The notes beneath the pieces were generated by a model. It saw only the letters and a list, made by a program, of their open reading frames with translations, was not told the origin of the DNA and made no database searches. Both the position numbers and the translations under genes were made by a program. From Octopus vulgaris (lineage: Eukaryota): a stretch of 64,000 nucleotides of DNA. This document shows, piece by piece, positions 56,320 through 64,000 of this stretch. The DNA lies in assembly GCA_951406725.2 (NCBI GenBank), contig OX597832.1, forward strand, positions 14,446,001 to 14,510,000. Direction: 5' to 3'. Each line of letters starts with the position of its first letter. Position 1 is the stretch's first letter.

Positions 56320-56670
56320 AGCCGCAAGAGTTCCTGTGTGGCAAGTAGGTTGCTTACCAACCATATGGCTCTGGGTTCTGTCCCATTGCGTAGCAACTTG
56401 TGACCAACATTTTGCATTTGATAAACGGAAACTGAAAGAAGCCCCACAAATACCTATGTGTGTGTGCGTTTGCGTGTGTGCGTCCGTGTTTGTCCCCCAC
56501 AACATCGCTTGATAACCGATGTTGGTGTGTTTACGTTCTCGTCACTTAACGGTTCAGCGAATCACACCGATAGAATAAGTACTAGTCTTACAAAGAATAA
56601 GTCCTGGGGTAATTTGCTCGATTAAAGGCGTCGCTCCAGCATGGCCGCAGTCAAACTAGTGAGAGAAATA
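56320..56670 (+). mobile_element. OK-like SINE, head-to-head with the previous copy
   Basis: Colinear with other copies; small internal deletion. Confidence 0.85.
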
Positions 56671-56678
56671 AAAAATTA

Positions 56679-56789
<111 letters not shown>

Positions 56790-56798
56790 AATGTATGC

Positions 56799-56889
<91 letters not shown>

Positions 56890-57290
56890 CAGAGAGGAGA
56901 CGGATTCATTGACTTAGTGAAATAGAGAAATATGCTTGATGAAAGATTTAACAGATATTAATGCAATTTGCAATCTTATAGGTAAGACGATTATTCCATC
57001 AGCGTACTCCCTCGATAGAGAAGTATCTAATTTAATGATAATATGTAGCATTTAACACTCGAGGTTATTTTCGGCTCCAACAACGATACAAGAGAACAAA
57101 TCAATTGTTTCGTTGTTCTTCCTTTATGTATATCGTGTGTCTGATTGAAATATATTCTGATATTTATATACATTTATAAACATTTAATTTATGTGCACGT
57201 CTGATTCTCTCTCGATCTGTCAGCTAATGTATGTATGTATACATACACACACACACACATATATATATATATGTATATGTAAGCATTATG

Positions 57291-57322
<32 letters not shown>

Positions 57323-57323
57323 A

Positions 57324-57384
<61 letters not shown>

Positions 57385-57876
57385 CTTATATATAGAGAGA
57401 GGGAAATAGAGATGGAAAGAGTAAAAGAAAGAGAAAGAGACAGATATCTAGACGTGATGCAAATGTAAGATACAAGGATCAAAAAGTAGGAAGTTAGTTA
57501 GTTTCAAGCAGTCTGTAGAATATATAAACGTCAACTTTCAAAAAAAAAATAATAATCGTTTATCGATTTGTGAGTGTTTCTCCTTTGGAAGTACGATAAG
57601 ATAATTTTGTTGTTCACGGTTGCTATATATGCAATTAAATATCACAAAATTAGTGAAAGGAGTAAATAAAATCCGAACAATTTGTTCCATAGCTACTGGA
57701 ATCTTGAAAGTACTAATTATACAAATGAGGTGAATGCTGCTTTCTATGCAGGCGAAAGAAACGATGAACACATGAAGCTTACATTGTTGTTAGAAGATCC
57801 TGTGTTCACTCACAGAAAATTCTGGATTTCTGACTGTGTGTATATATGTATGTACAAATATATATATATAGAGATT

Positions 57877-57971
<95 letters not shown>

Positions 57972-58081
57972 ATAGATATATACATCTCTGCATGCACATC
58001 TCTGTCTCTCTCTTTCTCTCGCTTTTACACTATCCATCTATCAATCTATCTCTCCTCTCTCTATATATATATATATATAAT

Positions 58082-58515
<434 letters not shown>

Positions 58516-58544
58516 GTATATATTTATATTTATATATATATATA

Positions 58545-58763
58545 TACCAGAGTAAACACATAAATGTGAAACAAGGTGGAAAAAAGTGTACTCAAATACC
58601 AGTGGTAGAGTAATATGCTTTATTTAAATGAGTAGAAAATTCAACAAAACCTGTTACTCTGAGTTTCACGTTCCCGTTCCTCGGACACTGTCCGACGAAC
58701 GGGAGCGTGAAACTCAGAGTAACGGGTTTTGTCGAATTTTCTGCTGATTTGAATAAAGTATAT
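58545..58763. mobile_element. Fold-back element with 75-bp arms (58613-58687 / 58689-58763), back-to-back hammerhead-like motifs
   Basis: gttactctgagtttcacgttcccgttcctcggaca-c-tgtccgacgaacgggagcgtgaaactcagagtaac; flanked by (TA)n. Confidence 0.8.
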
Positions 58764-60639
58764 ATATGTATGTATGTATATATAAATATATATATAAATT
58801 ATTAATCAATCAATTAATTAATAATTTCTAACTCTACCAAGTAGTTCGGTACGTTAAAATATTCTCTTAGGGTCACATTACACAAGTATTCAATAATGAT
58901 AAGCATAATTTATAATCAGGGGTCAGCTAATTGCCTGTATTAACGTTGTACAAATATTTGGTTAACATTATACAAATATTCAATAATTAATTTTTGGAAA
59001 ATGCTTGATCGCGTACATATTTAATTCCAACACATATTACATTAAAGTATACTTTAAAGCATTGTGACAAACGCTTACACACAAACAGACCCACACACAC
59101 ACTGACATAGATACATACATAAACACACACATATCTGTACTTATGTGCTTGAATGTAAGTACACGTATTTTGTGCTTAGAATCACATCCCCATTATGTAC
59201 ACTTTGCAAGAGTTTAAAATTATAATCATTGGTCTTAAATGTCACATAAAAAAAAAAACTCATTTATAATGAAATCTACCAGTGATTAAATTTTCACAAA
59301 TGTTTTCTGTTACCTTTTTTATTTTTTTTTATCACATTTTATCTCATATATTTATGCATGTGATCTTCATGGTCGCCATTGTAATATGAGCAATTCAACA
59401 TCCATTCTACATACCTGGATTATCAGTAATCCAATATGCGAAATCCTGCATCTTAAATAAGAAGTTTTCAACAGCAACGTTTGTAGCGGAGAACGCACCA
59501 CTAGCTTATTTAGAATCTGCAAATAGCACTGGCGTAAACTATTGGCTATAATGCTATTTCTACTTTGAGGCTATTTGGAATTAACACCAGAATAATAAAT
59601 TTCCTATTAGTGTTACTATGAGGAATATTATTTACCTGTATATGTAAACATATATTTTCTCTGCAATACATCATACCCAGATTCATTTCCAAAATAATAT
59701 TGAAATTCACCCTCCTTGGGTCATTTTATGAATACTCACAATAAGATCAATTTTGTAGTTAGTTATTATTATCAAAATATGTATCCCATAATATTGTAAT
59801 TACTAAAATCTTTACAAAGGAACCTCATCCAAAGAAAAGTAAGATGTCCATTCATATCAATTCTATATTTCAAAACCTGAATATCTAACAGTGACTGCAT
59901 TACTAGCATTGCTTAAATATAAGTCTTGTAAAATTGCAAAGATTCCCTCTCTTGCATGATTATATTAATGACAGTATCACTCTGAGTGATACGTCCACTA
60001 TCATATTCTGATGAATTTCATAAGAAATATCTTACTTAAATTCAGAAAGAATTCTAATATATTGAAATGGATGCATCACTATCTTGGCTGTTTAAAATAC
60101 GATCCTTACAAATAATGAAAAAAGGAATATAAATCAATATTGTATAGGAAGTGTAATATTTACTATTGAACCTAATGGAATGTAAATATATTTACATGCA
60201 ATGCTTATTCCATTTGTGTGAGCATTTATCTGTCAAAATCATAGGTTAGCAAACATGTGCTACATTATCATTAGAAGTATGTTTCACGTATCTTTAAAAT
60301 TACTAATCTATAATTTTTGTAACGTGTATAATTGTTTTTTCGTTTTCTATTTGAAGTACGTTATATATTCGTTTCAGGTAAAGTTGTTTGTGCTATTTAT
60401 ACTTATAATTTTGGTATTTATACTTACATAATTTATACCTATAAAATTTTATACTTATTTATACTTATATAATTTTATAATTATTATATTTATAATTATT
60501 TATACTTATAATTATTTATTCTTATATAATATTGGTACTTAGATGTTCAGATAAATTATCAGCCAGAATTGACCAAGGCTCTGACTAACTTATTTGAACC
60601 ACCTTGAATACACATTTAATGATATTTCATATTGCATTC

Positions 60640-61025
60640 GACCTTTGGGAACCATAACCTAATCGGGTAAAGTTTTATATATCCGGGTTTTAGTTGTTTA
60701 TCTGTAATTTCTTATTCCAGATATTCGTCAAAGACACTTTTGAATGTTATGAAATCTTTTTCATCTCTTGTGTGACTCGGCTTGATGTTAGAGAGGTGAA
60801 ATTTTACTTCCTATCATGATGTGATACACACGAGATATTTGAAGATGACGAACGGCGTGCGGATCAAGCTTTTGGAGAAATCTAAAGGTGATGCTAACGC
60901 CATTTGTGCGATGATGTTGGAATATTTTCCATAATGTACAAATGATATAGTGCTCATTGTGGATTTGGAGGGAATAAAGTTTGAGTTTCTCGAGATGGTC
61001 CTAAAAATCAAGACGTGCCATGTCC
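60640..61025 (-). mobile_element. Decayed CR1/L2-like LINE ORF2 C-terminus
   Basis: LDF*DHLEKLKLYSLQIHNEHYIICTLWKIF...FKSVFDEYL...PGY. Confidence 0.7.
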
Positions 61026-61658
61026 TTTATTTTTCTTTGATCTATATTAATTTATATTTTTTATGACGCAGGATCAACTGGAATAGAGAACGTAAATAAC
61101 GATATCAAATGCAGCAAAACATTACACGTCACACTGTATCAATACACTAAGTCATGTGACTGTCGTCCATAATATGGAAAATAACATTTCTTGTCCGTAA
61201 CATAAATTTAAAGCTCAAAATACGAAACGGCAGTTTCCCATATTGGAACAGAAAAATGATTTCGTTTAAGGAATATGGAAACTTAATTATATTCAAAATT
61301 ATATTCAAAAGATATATATAAGCATGTCCGTCCTTGAAGGATTGATACATTTATCCAAGGTGATGACAAGTTTTAATCACCAGATAAATTTGATTGCATA
61401 TTTGAAAAATGTTCTAAAATTTGAATTTGAATACACGTTATACTGCAGGTTAATTTCTCATTGATTTGTTAAAGGAAATCTCATTCCTATTATTAAGTTT
61501 CTATAAATATTTCATGATATATATTTAGTAGAATTCTGAAAAAAGAAAAAAAAAAGATTATAAAGTAAGGATAGAATTATTTTATGGAATGATAACTATT
61601 ATGCCGATATTATTTAAAGTAGGAAAAATCTTTAAAAAATACTCCTGATGATGGTTAT

Positions 61659-63109
61659 TGTTTTAGTATTATACTAACATATGATTATCTATCGCTATTT
61701 AAAGATATATTGGCTTGTTATGTGGATAATAATAAAATACCCCTTCTACATTTGCTATGTGTTAGTCGTTACAAAAACTGTGATGTCGAGTAGTCGATGT
61801 TGTCGGCCATGTCTTATTAGTCTCACTGACTATACTGGCATACTAGTGTGGATGTTATAACACTCGGACTTTGGGTTGCAAAAGTGACGACGAAGAATTA
61901 ACAAACTCATGAGGATTTGACAAACACACAAGGAGTTACGAAACTCACAAAAGTTGTTTGTGCGAATTTTACGGTATTCAAATGCCTAAAATCATGGAAT
62001 ACATGTTAGCCGGTTTGCTCGAGTTACAGAGACAAGAACAGCAATTGTACGATCAACAGCAGCAGAAGCATATTTAGCTGCAGAAAAACCAAGAACAACA
62101 ACTGCAGAAACAACTGCAACAGGAAAAGGAGCAAGAACAAAATCAACAAAAATCACTACTGCAAGAAAAACAACAACAACAACTATTACATAATGTTGTA
62201 ATTAATGCATAGGCGGTCATCCAAAAATGCTGATTATAGGTTCTCGCCAGGTTGTGATGCAAGTAAAAAAACTGCCCATCTAAGAAAGCGGAATGTTTCC
62301 GTTGTGGAAAAATGAGATACGTAAAAGCGCACTGTAAAACCAAGAAGACAGTGACACTAAATCTAAACACACCAGCAGGTATGTCACCAGTGGAGCTGAT
62401 GCTTGCGAGGAAAATAGATTAAGCCTTCAACGAATTAGTAATTGGCAATAAATGAAAGAAATTCAGTTGAAAATAAAATAAGACATTTCGAAAATTGGTG
62501 AAATTATATTTATTAGGGCATATAAGAATGGAAAACGAATTTGGGAAGAACGGAGGAACGCTTTACGTTGTAAAAGTTATAAAAGGTATAAACAAGCAAC
62601 ACATGTATCAACTAAAGAATAATAATCGTTAGGAGCGAACCCAAGAGAATGGAAAAACCAGTGGAATGTTTATATGATACTTTTCAAGTACCAACGCCAT
62701 TAAAAATAATTGAAACCACATGCAGAATCGGAAAAAAATCCCAGAAAACTTACGGAGTTCTTGGGAGTAATGATAAAACGAAAAAAATTTTGAAGTGGAA
62801 AGTGTTTGAAAACCCCCCCCTCAAAATGGGAAGTGGGGTGTTGTAAACAATTGTTAAAGGAGAGAAATGGCATTACACTCCCTAAGAAAAAGAAACACTT
62901 AAAAGAGAGGATATGGGGATAATAATAATAATAATAATAATAATGGAACAATCATTCCCCGTGAGGAGTGGTACGTGCTAGTCGTTATATATACTGTAAC
63001 GTCGACAAGTTGACGTATTCAGTCATTGATAGTCGTGTCTTAGTTCTCTAACTACCTATAGTTCTATACCGCGTTGGACCTTATAATAGTCTGACGTCGG
63101 ATTACAACA
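61659..63109 (+). mobile_element. Internally deleted Ty3/Gypsy LTR retroelement (gag start, Zn knuckle, integrase tail; no PR/RT/RNase H)
   Basis: 3' LTR 62839-63109 TGTTGTAA...TTACAACA after PPT aaaatgggaagtgggg; diverged 5' LTR ends ~61883 followed by PBS-like tgacgacgaag; CPSKKAECFRCGKMRYVKAHC; NTPAGMSPVELMLARKI; 5' start uncertain. Confidence 0.8.
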
Positions 63110-63746
63110 TTCCTCATATCAGATACATCCACCTCGCTCTTCATAAGATATTTTGTCATATGAAAACTTTTTCCAAATTATGGAATGTCATTTAAATATT
63201 TCGATCGGCTCTGAAACGAGAGACAAAAACCATTCAAATGTCTAAATAAGAAGTTAAAAGCAGGAAGTACATTTTGCAAGTAACGAAATGCAGTAAATAG
63301 TATTGTGAATGATATATTCATGACAATTATTTAACAGTTAAGTATTTGACATTTGTGAATTAATTGATTTTCGGAATTATTTAATAATCAATATCAGCAC
63401 GAAATGCTGATAAGGAAAAGCCATGCCTTTCATGGAAAGAATCGCATATAGTCAATAATTTTCAGTAGCTCTATTTCACAGTCCACTGTTAGTTTCAGAT
63501 ATTCAATCATAGATTAGTAAACATGAAGTAACTGATATATATATATTGATTTTGATTTTGATTTTTTCAGTTTCAGCTAATGAGCTGTGGCCATGCTGGG
63601 GCACCGCTATTATATAAATATATATATATATATATTGGCCTGCTCGCTTAGCCAGCGGGGTGGCGTCATTCGAAGGCTAAAACAATGCGAGCGCATTGTG
63701 ACCAGCGATGTGTAACAACATCTGATTGTCTGGTCGGTCACGTGAT

Positions 63747-63820
<74 letters not shown>

Positions 63821-63831
63821 GTATATGTATA

Positions 63832-64000
63832 TAGGGACAGTTTACGAAAAAAACAAACGACAAAGACAGGTGTTGTAGAAAACAAACAGATATATTGCTA
63901 TAACGCTCAGGAATAGAAAAAAGTATTTTACGTTTCGAGCCTGCACTCTTCTACAGAAAGGGACACAGAAAAAACAAGGAGAGTAAAAAATGTCTGTAGT
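63832..64000 (-). mobile_element. Short PLE-like repeat with variant hammerhead motif (63926-63958), runs off the window
   Basis: Minus: ttCTGTAGAagagtgcaggctcGAAAcgTAaaa; end abuts (TA)n; similar terminus at 24700-24755. Confidence 0.55.

Noticed and set aside
61995-62200. Polyglutamine host protein exon
   Set aside because: It lies between the PBS and Zn knuckle of an LTR element and has an in-frame stop; gag relic.

Overview
This is an AT-rich eukaryotic window dominated by microsatellites and transposon relics, with no convincing host protein-coding exon. Nearly all entries in the ORF track are (TA)n/(CA)n/(AAT)n artefacts. The tRNA-derived SINEs match my recollection of octopod (Octopus) OK/OR-type SINEs, so a cephalopod intron or intergenic region is likely (inference). 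Recognisable relics are a near full-length mariner and two mariner fragments, R4/Dong-like RLE LINE pieces (one internally deleted), CR1 and RTE LINE pieces, Penelope-like elements (PLEs) with GIY-YIG domains, an internally deleted Ty3/Gypsy element, Helitron-like elements and piggyBac/hAT/mariner MITEs. The most notable signal is a dense set of about eight small families embedded in (TA)n tracts, often fold-back (inverted-repeat), that carry hammerhead-ribozyme (HHR) motifs. Two are apparently intact type-I hammerheads (8945-9008 minus; 24503-24580 plus, with a mirror copy at 23134-23211 minus). The rest are minimal or variant motifs, and nearly all lie about 50-150 nt upstream of a (TA)n-abutting end. 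All pairings were done by eye and need computational and biochemical confirmation.
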